DNA from: an uncultured Actinomycetota bacterium
GTDB lineage: Bacteria > Actinomycetota > Humimicrobiia > Humimicrobiales > Humimicrobiaceae
NCBI GenBank assembly: GCA_964423265.1
Contig: CAYREF010000002.1
Span: forward strand, 16,704-80,703
Reading direction: 5' to 3'
DNA: 64,000 nt
In this document: positions 29,585 through 38,243 of the stretch, piece after piece
Layout: every line of letters begins with the position of its first letter
Numbering within the stretch: the first letter of the stretch is position 1
Notes under the pieces: generated by a model
Seen by the model: the letters and a program-made list of their open reading frames with translations, nothing else
What the model was told of the DNA's origin: nothing
Databases searched by the model: none
Translations under genes and position numbers: made by a program

Positions 29585-31366
29585 TTACTCCATTGTTTCA
29601 CGTGAAACATTTTTAATATAACACAATAGGGAAAAAATATCCGCTAAGCTTACCCCTTCTATTCTTTTAGCTTGCTCTAGCGTTTGTGGCTTCTTATTAT
29701 TTAAGCTTTTAGTAGCTTCATTTGACAAATTATGTATATCTGAGTAACAAATGTCATCAGGGATTTTTACATCCATATTTTTTGTTATAGTTCTTATTTT
29801 TTTTTCTTCTCTCTTTATGTAATCTTCATATTTTAATTTAATAACTACACTCTCCGCTTCTTCTTCGGACAAATTATATTTTGATGAAATATAGTTCAAA
29901 TCATTATCGCTCAACATATTCTTTTTAATCTTATTATAAAAAGGGGTAAATTTTAGCTTACCTTTTACTATTTCTATATTTTTATATTTTTTTAATATCT
30001 TTTCCTGCTTCTGGCTAAGGCCCATAGCAGGCAAAAATTTAGCCATCCTGTAATCAACATTATCATGCCTATGATGAAGCCTAAACTCATTTCTGGATGT
30101 TAACATCCTATATGGTTCTGTAATTCCTTTTACAACCAAGTCATCTATCAACACCCCTATATAACCATCTTCCCTTTTTATAACAATTCCCTCTTCTCCC
30201 TGGGATCTCCTTGCTGCATTTATACCTCCTACTATTCCTTGGGCAGCTGCTTCATCATAACCAGTAGTTCCGTTAATCTGCCCAGCAAAGAACAACCCGC
30301 TGTGGCTTTTGCTCTCTAATGTATTATTTATCTGAAAAGATTTCAAATAATCATACTCAACTCCATATCCATGCCTAGTAATTATTGCATCTTTTGTACC
30401 TTTTATCCGCTTTAATATTCCGTATTGTATATCTTCTGGAAGAGTGGTCATCAGGCCATGTAAATACATTTCATTGGTTTCCAGTCCTTCTGGCTGTATA
30501 AATATGAGGTGTCTCGCCCTTTCCGGAAATCTCATAACTTTCTCTTCTATTGAAGGGCAATATTTAGGACCTTCCTTTTTTTCTTTTTTCCCGTAAAATG
30601 CTGACTTTCTAATATTCTTTTTTATATAGTTTATACATTTTTTTTCCGCATAGGTTATATAATTTTCTACTTGTTTTCTTTTACCTCTTTTGCTCTCATA
30701 GGAAAATAACTTAGGTTTTTTGTCATATTCTTGAACCTTTAACTCTTTTAAATTGAGGGTTTTTTTATCAACTCGGGGCGGTGTATCTGTTTTCAACTTG
30801 CTAAATCTATAGCCAGCCTCCTCAAGGCTTTCTACTAAGCTTATAGAGCTTATTTCTCCTTTTCGACCTGCCTCCAGCCTATTTTTCCCCCAAAAAATCT
30901 CTCCCCGGAGGAATGTACCAGTGCATATAACCAGACATTTTGCCTTATACCTAAATTTATCACTAGTTTGAATAGTAAATCTATTTTTACCTATTATTAT
31001 TTTTTTAGCCAAACCTTGCTTTAAATCAAGGTTATTTTCATTTTCTAAGACATATTTCATGTTTAGAAAATACCTTTTCTTGTCTACGATTGCCCTTAGT
31101 GTTTGGACAGCAGGTCCTTTTGAAACATTTAACATCCTCATATGTATGTAGTTTCTATCGGTGTTTTTAGATATTTCTCCTCCCAATACGTCAATTTCCC
31201 TTATAAGCTGCCCCCTACCAGGTCCTCCTATAGCACTATTACAAGGCATGCTGGCTACACTATCCATATTTATTGTTATTATTAGTGTCTTTACTCCTTG
31301 TCTTGCAGCTGCTAAGCCTGCTTCACAGCCTGCATGGCCAGCTCCTATTACTATTACATCATACAT
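29585..31366 (-). CDS. Second MnmG/GidA-family paralog (593 aa), tandem with mnmG
   Basis: Same N-terminus MYDVIVIGAGHAGCEAGLAAAR and GidA-like motifs throughout, but divergent C-terminal sequence. It is not the short TrmFO type. Confidence 0.75.
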   Translation of the reverse strand: MYDVIVIGAGHAGCEAGLAAARQGVKTLIITINMDSVASMPCNSAIGGPGRGQLIREIDVLGGEISKNTDRNYIHMRMLNVSKGPAVQTLRAIVDKKRYFLNMKYVLENENNLDLKQGLAKKIIIGKNRFTIQTSDKFRYKAKCLVICTGTFLRGEIFWGKNRLEAGRKGEISSISLVESLEEAGYRFSKLKTDTPPRVDKKTLNLKELKVQEYDKKPKLFSYESKRGKRKQVENYITYAEKKCINYIKKNIRKSAFYGKKEKKEGPKYCPSIEEKVMRFPERARHLIFIQPEGLETNEMYLHGLMTTLPEDIQYGILKRIKGTKDAIITRHGYGVEYDYLKSFQINNTLESKSHSGLFFAGQINGTTGYDEAAAQGIVGGINAARRSQGEEGIVIKREDGYIGVLIDDLVVKGITEPYRMLTSRNEFRLHHRHDNVDYRMAKFLPAMGLSQKQEKILKKYKNIEIVKGKLKFTPFYNKIKKNMLSDNDLNYISSKYNLSEEEAESVVIKLKYEDYIKREEKKIRTITKNMDVKIPDDICYSDIHNLSNEATKSLNNKKPQTLEQAKRIEGVSLADIFSLLCYIKNVSRETME

Positions 31367-31432
31367 AATTTAAACCTCAATGTTTCACGTGAAACATTTC
31401 GCCAAATTTTCTAATAATATTATTTTTTGTCA

Positions 31433-32857
31433 TTATTTGCCTATGCAAAACTTACTGAAAATCTGGTCTAACATGTCTTCCCTTGCAGTATCTCCGGTAA
31501 TTTCGCCTAATAAATTTTTAGCAATTTTTAAGTCTGCTGAAGGGAATTCTTCCGACATCTTATCCTCCATTGCTAATTTAGCCTTATTAAGCAACTCTTC
31601 TGCATCCTTTAATAATTTTTTATGTCTATTGTTTATAATTATCTTTTCCTCTATATTTAACTCTTCTCCATCTAATACTATTTCTTTAATTCTGTTCTCC
31701 ATTTTTTCTATTCCAATCCTTTTAGTTGCTGATATTTTTATTACTTTATTTTCACCTAAATATTTTTTTATCTCCCCTTCGTCTAACCTTGCTTTCAAGT
31801 CTACTTTATTGATTGCAATTATTGATTTTTTTCCCTTAATTTTTTGAATTATTTCCTTATCTATGTCTTCTAGCCTTTTGCTAATGTCCATTACACATAT
31901 TACAAGCTCTGCTTCATCTATATGCGTGAGGCTTCTTTCAACCCCTATCTTTTCAATTTTATTCTTAGTCTTCCTAATCCCGGCAGTATCAATTAATATA
32001 AGGGGGATTCCCTTTACATATAGTATTTCTTCAACCGCGTCCCTCGTGGTTCCTGGAATAGGAGTTACTATTGCTTTTTCCTTTCTTGAAAGCAAATTTA
32101 GTAAACTTGACTTTCCGACATTTGGCTTCCCAATAATTGCAACTTTTACTCCGTTTTTTACTATTTCCCCTTTTCCCTCATCTTCAATTAATCTAGACAT
32201 TTCCCACCTTATATCTTGGACATCTTCGGTCAATTTATCATATGGGGTAAGCTCTAAATCTTCTTCTATAAAATCAACTGAGGCTTCTAGCTGAATAAGC
32301 ACATCTGTGATTTTTGAAGCTATTTTTTTTATTTTCCTCTTCACATCTCCTTTTACGTTTTTTGCTGCTATTTTTAAACTTTCTTCTGTTTTTGACCTGA
32401 TTATGTCAATTACAGCTTCCGCTTGTGATAAATCTATTCGTCCATTTAAAAATGCCCTTTTGGTAAACTCCCCAGGCTCTGCTATTCTTGCTCCATTTTC
32501 TATACATAGTTGAAGTATTTTAGATGTAGGTATAATTCCCCCATGGGAATTGATCTCAACTATGTCTTCTCTAGTATAGGAGTTTGGCTCTTTCATATAT
32601 GATACTATTACTTCATCTATTGCATTTCCTTTGTTATCTGTTATATATCCGTAAGTCATTGAAAATGTTTTTAACCACCCTATTTTCCGGTTATTTTTAC
32701 TCTTAAATATCTTATCCACAATTGCTGCAGCTTTACTACCGCTTAGCTTTACTATACCGATAGCCGCCTCACCAGGCCTTGTGCCTATTGCCACTATTGT
32801 ATCTTTATTTATGTTTAGCATTTTTATAGTAATTATTTTTTTTATATTTTTTGCCAC
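31433..32857 (-). CDS. mnmE: tRNA modification GTPase MnmE (TrmE)
   Basis: G-domain motifs GKPNVGKSSLLN and DTAG, with the C-terminal CIGK tetrapeptide. Confidence 0.9.
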   Translation of the reverse strand: MAKNIKKIITIKMLNINKDTIVAIGTRPGEAAIGIVKLSGSKAAAIVDKIFKSKNNRKIGWLKTFSMTYGYITDNKGNAIDEVIVSYMKEPNSYTREDIVEINSHGGIIPTSKILQLCIENGARIAEPGEFTKRAFLNGRIDLSQAEAVIDIIRSKTEESLKIAAKNVKGDVKRKIKKIASKITDVLIQLEASVDFIEEDLELTPYDKLTEDVQDIRWEMSRLIEDEGKGEIVKNGVKVAIIGKPNVGKSSLLNLLSRKEKAIVTPIPGTTRDAVEEILYVKGIPLILIDTAGIRKTKNKIEKIGVERSLTHIDEAELVICVMDISKRLEDIDKEIIQKIKGKKSIIAINKVDLKARLDEGEIKKYLGENKVIKISATKRIGIEKMENRIKEIVLDGEELNIEEKIIINNRHKKLLKDAEELLNKAKLAMEDKMSEEFPSADLKIAKNLLGEITGDTAREDMLDQIFSKFCIGK

Positions 32858-33205
32858 CTACTATAAGCTTTCAAAACCAAATTATAGTGTGACCTAAAGA
32901 TAACAATAAGAATAAAGCTAATTAAAAAATGTTTCAAGATTAAGCATTTTTCTTTAACAAGCATATTATTATACCATAGTATTTATGCATATTATTATTA
33001 GTATTGTCCCGGGGTTTACAGTTTCTAAATAACTTATTTCTATGATCTCAGGTACTCTTATTTTTTAGTGTTATGGAAGTGGTTTTAAAATATTCTAATA
33101 TCTTGCTTAATTTCTTTTTATAAAATTTTTTGATTTAATTTGTTAAGCGGTGAGGGGGTAATTATTTTTATAATTTACGGTTTTACCCTAAACGGTCCAA
33201 GAAAA

Positions 33206-33240
33206 AAAGGGCGCTACATAGCGCCCTTTTTATCCCTATT
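33206..33240. terminator. Bidirectional rho-independent terminator downstream of jag
   Basis: AAAAAAAGGGCGCTACATAGCGCCCTTTTT forms a GC hairpin flanked by an A-run and a T-run. Confidence 0.6.
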
Positions 33241-33250
33241 TAGTATATGC

Positions 33251-33853
33251 TTAATTTTTTTCCTTAAATGGATAAATTACTATTCTCCGGTGTGGCTCTT
33301 TGTTTTTACTTTCTGTTTTTACATTCTTAAAGCTGGCTAAAGCCTTGTGTATTATTTTTCTTTCAAATGAGTCCATGGGCCTTAATTTTATTTTCTTTCC
33401 TTTTCTAATTGCTTTTTTTGCCATTTTTATAGCTGTTTTTTTAATCCGCTCTGCTTTCTTTTTCCTGTAATCTTTTATATCTAGCATAACATTTCTTTCC
33501 ACCAATTTCTTTCTGGCAGCAATTTGGTTAACAATATACTCTAGGGCTTCTATATTTTTTCCATGTCTGCCTATTGCTATTGCCAAGTCATTCCCATATA
33601 CTGAAACTTTTAAATTTTCCCTGTCAACCTTCACCCTTATGTCTTCTCCCAGGCAAATTACTTCTATTGCTTTTCTTACTAGTTTGACTATTTTTTCCAA
33701 CCCTGTACAGTTTTGTTCCTTTTCTAAATCCTCTAATTTATTGTTCTCCATCAATTTGTCGTTTTCTTGCTCTTCTTTTAAAGACTCAACAAATGAATCA
33801 ATTGCCTCATTCATGCTGTTTTCACTTGCCATTTCTTCACACCTCTCAAGCAT
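33251..33853 (-). CDS. jag: Jag/KhpB (KH plus R3H RNA-binding protein)
   Basis: R3H region RKIIHKALASFKNVKTESKNKEPHRRIVIYP and the conserved position downstream of yidC. Confidence 0.75.
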   Translation of the reverse strand: MLERCEEMASENSMNEAIDSFVESLKEEQENDKLMENNKLEDLEKEQNCTGLEKIVKLVRKAIEVICLGEDIRVKVDRENLKVSVYGNDLAIAIGRHGKNIEALEYIVNQIAARKKLVERNVMLDIKDYRKKKAERIKKTAIKMAKKAIRKGKKIKLRPMDSFERKIIHKALASFKNVKTESKNKEPHRRIVIYPFKEKN

Positions 33854-33856
33854 TAA

Positions 33857-34642
33857 TTATTTCTTTCTCCTTTTTTTTCTTTTCTTTCCTGATATTTTCT
33901 TTTTTTCTTCAAGAGAAAGTTCTTTTTCTTCTCCTTTTTCTTTTTCTTCTCCTTTTTCTTCTTTTTCTTCTCCTTTTTTTACTACTTTGTTTACTATATA
34001 TTGCTGTCCCATAGTCCATACATTGGTTGTAACCCAGTATATTAATATTCCTGCTGGAAGCCTAAATGCTATAAAACCAAAAACTACCGGCATTATGTAA
34101 GTGATAATAGATTGTTTGGGATCTGTGGCAGTCATGCGGGTGCTTAAAAACATTGTTCCTACCATCAATATTACCAAAATGTAATAAGGATCGGGTTCAT
34201 TTAAGTTTAACCATAAAAAATCATAGGCGGGATTTAGCTCCCCATTTATAACGAACTTGCCCAATACATCGGTAACTATATTGGAAGGATTTCTCAGTGC
34301 CTGGAATAAGGCAAAAAATACCGGCATCTGCAACAGTAGGGGAAGACACCCAGCCAAAGGATTGACATTATGCTTCTTGTAAAATTCCATTGTTTTTTCT
34401 TGTATTTTCTGCTTGTCATCCTTATGCTTCTTCTGAATTTCTTTTATTTTTGGCTGCAATTTTTGCATTTTTGCCATTGACCTAGTCTGGCTTATGGTTA
34501 GGGGGGTTAGTATTATCCTAACTATCAATGTGAGCAATATTATTACAAGACCATAGACTGATACCACATTATTGTATAAAAAAACTATTACATACTCTAT
34601 TACATTTTGGATAGGCCTTAACAAATCAAATATAAACTCCAA
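33857..34642 (-). CDS. yidC: Membrane protein insertase YidC/Oxa1 (short form) with repetitive Glu/Lys C-terminal tail
   Basis: Conserved YidC core (LLQMPVFFALFQAL, PAGILIYWVTTNVWTMGQQ). The tail is KGEEKEEKGEEKEKGEEKE...KKRKKRRKK. Confidence 0.85.
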   Translation of the reverse strand: MEFIFDLLRPIQNVIEYVIVFLYNNVVSVYGLVIILLTLIVRIILTPLTISQTRSMAKMQKLQPKIKEIQKKHKDDKQKIQEKTMEFYKKHNVNPLAGCLPLLLQMPVFFALFQALRNPSNIVTDVLGKFVINGELNPAYDFLWLNLNEPDPYYILVILMVGTMFLSTRMTATDPKQSIITYIMPVVFGFIAFRLPAGILIYWVTTNVWTMGQQYIVNKVVKKGEEKEEKGEEKEKGEEKELSLEEKKKISGKKRKKRRKK

Positions 34643-34657
34643 TATCCTTTACCTCCT

Positions 34658-34867
34658 TCATTTTACTGGGTCGTAACCGCCTTTGTTAAAAGGATTACAT
34701 CTTAAAATTCTATATATTGCCTTAATACTACCTTTTAGTACACCATATTTATTTATTGCGTTCACTGCATATTCTGAACAAGTGGGCTGGAATCTACAGC
34801 TTTTGGGTAGTATTGGCGATATAAACTTCTTGTATAATTTTATTACAAATGTAATTGCTTGTTTCAT
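34658..34867 (-). CDS. yidD: Membrane protein insertion efficiency factor YidD
   Basis: [23 protein letters not shown] signature. 69 aa. Confidence 0.85.
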   Translation of the reverse strand: MKQAITFVIKLYKKFISPILPKSCRFQPTCSEYAVNAINKYGVLKGSIKAIYRILRCNPFNKGGYDPVK

Positions 34868-34881
34868 AGTTGTTATGGGGG

Positions 34882-35208
34882 TTAAGAGTGTAATAGGGAT
34901 TGTTCTATTATTTTTTTTAATTCCCAGTATCCTGCATTCTTTATACTTTTCTTTGCCACTATCAATATATCCAATCCTTTAAGATAGCCAGTCAAATTTC
35001 TAATAATTTCCCTTATAACTCTCTTAATTTTATTTCTCTTAACAGCTTTTCCAACACCCTTGGATACACTAATTGCATACCTTAAAACGTTTTTACCGTT
35101 TCTGGCCACATATATTTTTATGTACCTTCTGTTTATACATTTGCCTTGCTTGTAAACACGGTTAATATCTTTTCTCTTAGATAAAGTCTCCTGCTTTAAG
35201 CTGTTAAT
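34882..35208 (-). CDS. rnpA: RNase P protein component RnpA; start codon uncertain
   Basis: [15 protein letters not shown]...[25 protein letters not shown] matches the RnpA consensus. The conserved N-terminal part lies upstream of the ORF-track GTG at 35109 with no ATG, GTG or TTG in frame. The nearest candidate is ATT at 35208, overlapping the last codons of rpmH. Confidence 0.7.
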   Translation of the reverse strand: MNSLKQETLSKRKDINRVYKQGKCINRRYIKIYVARNGKNVLRYAISVSKGVGKAVKRNKIKRVIREIIRNLTGYLKGLDILIVAKKSIKNAGYWELKKIIEQSLLHS

Positions 35209-35330
35209 TTCTTCCTGCCCTTTTTCCTTCTATTTTTTATTATTCTTTTTCCGGCTTTAGTTTTCATTCTTGCCCTAAAGCCGTGATTTTTCTTCTTTTT
35301 TCTTACTTTTGGCTGATAAGTTCTTTTCAT
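35196..35330 (-). CDS. rpmH: 50S ribosomal protein L34
   Basis: [44 protein letters not shown], 44 aa, with ATG at 35330. The 117-aa ORF in the track is this gene plus upstream read-through. Confidence 0.9.
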   Translation of the reverse strand: MKRTYQPKVRKKKKNHGFRARMKTKAGKRIIKNRRKKGRKKLTA

Positions 35331-35765
35331 ATTTGTCCTCAATAAACTATTGTTTCCAATTAGGTTAAGAATTATACATTCTAATTTACCTAATATCAAG
35401 TTTGTCAGCAAACCCAAAATTCTTTTGCCGCCCCTTATTTTCAAACAACTGTTCTTATTCCAGCAAATTATGAAAAATCTGTTTTTTATGACATACAGAA
35501 AATAGTGGGCTTTTTCACTGTTTCCGGAATTTTGCAAAAAAGTTTTCAACAGCTGTGGAAAGAATTGTTAATAACTTTAAAAATCCCGGCTTATAGGGCT
35601 TTCACAGCATGTTAAAACTTGTGTTGATGCTTAATTTTTTCCCATATTTCCGTTTAAAATCCTAAAAGTTTAGCTGTTAATAACTTACTAATATGAAAAG
35701 AATGTGAAAAGGTAATTGATAAAAATGTCTTTAATTAATATAATTTTGTTATTGTTTAAATCAAT

Positions 35766-36605
35766 ATGTTACTGTTTGAAATGGTACAGGAATCATCAAA
35801 TCCAAATCTCAGCTCTGAAAATAAAAGCAATTCTAATACTTCTATACCAGTAAGGATTGCTATTTATGACAATATGCGAAGCATACCCAGGGTAGAGGAA
35901 TACCGTTACGGTAATGTAGCAGACTTTATTAACGAAACCTCACAAAAAACTTATAGCCTTTCCCACGGGATTGGTGGAAAGATTCCCTATACTATAATAA
36001 AAGAGCTGATTGAAAACCTGATACATGCTAATTTTAATGAAATAATTATAACTATCTTAGATAATGGCAATCATATTATTATCTCAGATCAGGGCCCTGG
36101 CATTGACGATAAAAACAAGTCTTTTCTCCCTGGTTACACCTCAGCTACCCAAAGCATGAAGGAATATATAAGGGGGGTTGGTTCAGGGCTCCCTATAGTC
36201 AAAGAAACCATTACTTTTTCTGGAGGCTCCATAAATATTTCAGACAATATTAACTCTGGTACCGTGGTCTCCCTTAGAATAGATACTGCGCAAACCTCAC
36301 CCGGCGATGATGAAGAACCTAAGCCTGCCACTAAGGCAGAAAGCCCGAAAGCAGATGAAAGCTATGAAGAGATATATGATCTTAAACTTTCTGATAGACA
36401 GATAAAAATTATGTCCCTGATATTGGAATTAGAAAACGCGGGTCCTTCAATAATCTCGAATGAGCTTGGCTTCAGCCTTTCTACTTCATACAGGGAACTT
36501 ATTTATCTTGAAAATAAAGGATTTTTAACTTCAAGCAACTCTGGCAAGAGAGCTTTAACCCAAAAAGGCATAAAATATCTTGAATATTATTCGAATAATT
36601 TTTAA
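35766..36605 (+). CDS. GHKL (Bergerat-fold, anti-sigma/His-kinase-like) ATPase domain fused to C-terminal winged-helix DNA-binding domain
   Basis: N-box ELIENLIHAN, G1 box ISDQGPGID, G2 box GVGSGLPIVKE, G3 box SGTVVSLRI, then a wHTH-like segment IMSLILELENAGPSIISNELGFSLSTSYRELIYLENKGFLT. There is no HisKA/DHp domain. Confidence 0.6.
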   Translation: MLLFEMVQESSNPNLSSENKSNSNTSIPVRIAIYDNMRSIPRVEEYRYGNVADFINETSQKTYSLSHGIGGKIPYTIIKELIENLIHANFNEIIITILDNGNHIIISDQGPGIDDKNKSFLPGYTSATQSMKEYIRGVGSGLPIVKETITFSGGSINISDNINSGTVVSLRIDTAQTSPGDDEEPKPATKAESPKADESYEEIYDLKLSDRQIKIMSLILELENAGPSIISNELGFSLSTSYRELIYLENKGFLTSSNSGKRALTQKGIKYLEYYSNNF

Positions 36606-36614
36606 TATTATGAC

Positions 36615-37964
36615 ATGAACAATTTAAATGATTCTTGGGATTTAATTCTAAAAGACATAAAGAGCAGCATTAATACGCCTACCTACAAAACCTGGTTCGA
36701 ACATATTGCCCCTGTTTCTTTAAAAAAAAACTGCTTAACATTGTCTGTAAATAGCGACTTTGCCAAAGAATGGCTCGAAACAAGATATTACAATATTTTA
36801 AATGACTCAGTTAAAAAAAATATCAACCAGGATTGTGAGTTAAAAATAACAGTTGATCCTAGCAACCACAATAGCCACAAAAATAAAGAGCCTGAAACTA
36901 TAGTGGAATCTCAGAAACCTAAAAAAAATTCCAGGGCTGGCCAGTCAATGTTTAATTCCAAATATACCTTTGACACTTTTGTTATCGGCAGCGGTAACCG
37001 GTTTTCCCATGCAGCAGCCCTTGCCGTAAGCGAAAATCCAGGCAAGGCTTACAATCCCCTGTTTATATACGGGGGAGTAGGACTTGGTAAAACCCACCTG
37101 CTTCATGCTATTGGCCAATACATAGGGCAGCTTTACCCAGACATGACTGTAAAATATGTATCTGCAGAAAAGTTTTTAAATGATTTTATTAATGCATTAA
37201 GAGATAAGACAGTTCTTTCATTTAAAGAATATTATAGAAATACAGATGTCCTTCTGGTTGATGATATCCAGTTTTTGGAGGAAAAGGATGCCAGCCAGGA
37301 AGAGTTTTTTCACACTTTTAATACCCTCCATGATACTAACAGACAGATAGTGCTTTCCAGTGATAGAAAGCCCAAAGACATATCCACTCTTGAGGAGAGG
37401 CTTAGGTCCCGTTTTGAGTGGGGCTTAGTTACAGATATCCAGCCTCCCAATTTCGAAACCAGGTTTGCCATCCTTAAAAAATATTCTGAAAGGGAAAAAA
37501 TAATAGTTTCAGACGATATTTTAAATCTTATTGCCAATAGGATTACTTCAAACATAAGAGAGCTTGAAGGGGCGTTAACCAGGATTGTGGCTTTTGCTTC
37601 CTTAACCAGATCTAAACCTGATTTAGGAATAGCTAAAAATGTATTAAAAGATATTCTTCCTGAAGAGGGTGAGCAAAAAATCAACGTGCAGAAAATAATT
37701 AAAGAAGTTTCAAAATATTTTTCCATCCCTATTAGCACCATAGTTGGAAGCAAAAGGAGTAAATTTGTTTCCCATGCAAGACAGATTGCTATGTACCTTT
37801 CCCGGGAGCTAACCAATAACTCCCTGCCAAAAATAGGAAATTATTTTGGCAACAGGGATCATACCACTGTTATTTATGCTGTTTCTAAAATAGCCGATCT
37901 TTTAAATACTGACCAGAGTGTCTACAACCAGATACAGGAAATTACCAATAATTTAAAAAAGTAG
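36615..37964 (+). CDS. dnaA: Chromosomal replication initiator protein DnaA
   Basis: AAA+ Walker A GGVGLGKTHLLHAIG, Walker B LLVDDIQFL, and C-terminal DNA-binding domain (HTTVIYAVSKI). Confidence 0.95.
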   Translation: MNNLNDSWDLILKDIKSSINTPTYKTWFEHIAPVSLKKNCLTLSVNSDFAKEWLETRYYNILNDSVKKNINQDCELKITVDPSNHNSHKNKEPETIVESQKPKKNSRAGQSMFNSKYTFDTFVIGSGNRFSHAAALAVSENPGKAYNPLFIYGGVGLGKTHLLHAIGQYIGQLYPDMTVKYVSAEKFLNDFINALRDKTVLSFKEYYRNTDVLLVDDIQFLEEKDASQEEFFHTFNTLHDTNRQIVLSSDRKPKDISTLEERLRSRFEWGLVTDIQPPNFETRFAILKKYSEREKIIVSDDILNLIANRITSNIRELEGALTRIVAFASLTRSKPDLGIAKNVLKDILPEEGEQKINVQKIIKEVSKYFSIPISTIVGSKRSKFVSHARQIAMYLSRELTNNSLPKIGNYFGNRDHTTVIYAVSKIADLLNTDQSVYNQIQEITNNLKK

Positions 37965-38243
37965 TTTTTTGCCTGTTAACAATTATGTTAATAACTTCCT
38001 TTTTTATCAACAATTGCATTTTATTTCAGTTGATAAAAACACTAATTTTTTTCCCTGTTAAATATCCTTTAATTAACTAACAGGTTTCAACACCTTTATT
38101 AACAGGCAAGTCTTAGCCTTTATAGAGGTTTTGGGTGTTTTTAACAATTTACACACCCTTTATATATTACTACTATATGTTTTAATTATTAATTATATAT
38201 AATAGAATAGTTAATAATCGTATACTTATAAAAAGAGGTTAAT
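37965..38243. promoter_or_regulatory. Candidate oriC (dnaA-dnaN intergenic) with repeated TGTTAA(T/C/A)AA-type boxes and an AT-rich unwinding stretch
   Basis: Boxes in both orientations: cctgttaacaa, atgttaataac, ccctgttaaata, ctaacagg, ttattaacagg, plus ttatcaaca. They are followed by an AT-rich run (atatattactactatatgttttaattattaattatatataatag) immediately before dnaN. Confidence 0.45.

Noticed and set aside
29594-29609. The 16-bp palindrome interpreted as an intrinsic terminator between the two mnmG copies
   Set aside because: A perfect palindrome with no loop cannot form a stable long hairpin, and on the coding (minus) strand it is not followed by a U-run. An operator or 5-prime UTR element is the more plausible interpretation.
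31380-32294. Plus-strand ORFs of 155 aa and 143 aa overlapping mnmE on the opposite strand
   Set aside because: Low-complexity Ser/Ile/Leu/Phe-rich translations typical of antisense frames in AT-rich DNA. They lie entirely inside a well-supported conserved gene.
33639-34100. Leu/Phe-rich plus-strand ORFs (for example LFLLLFLFLLLF) opposite the yidC 3-prime end
   Set aside because: They arise from the complement of the GA-rich simple repeat that encodes the YidC Glu/Lys tail, and are not independent genes.
35196-35549. 117-aa ORF reported in the track
   Set aside because: Only the last 44 codons (MKRTYQP...) are ribosomal protein L34. The upstream 73 codons are stop-free read-through of the 5-prime UTR.
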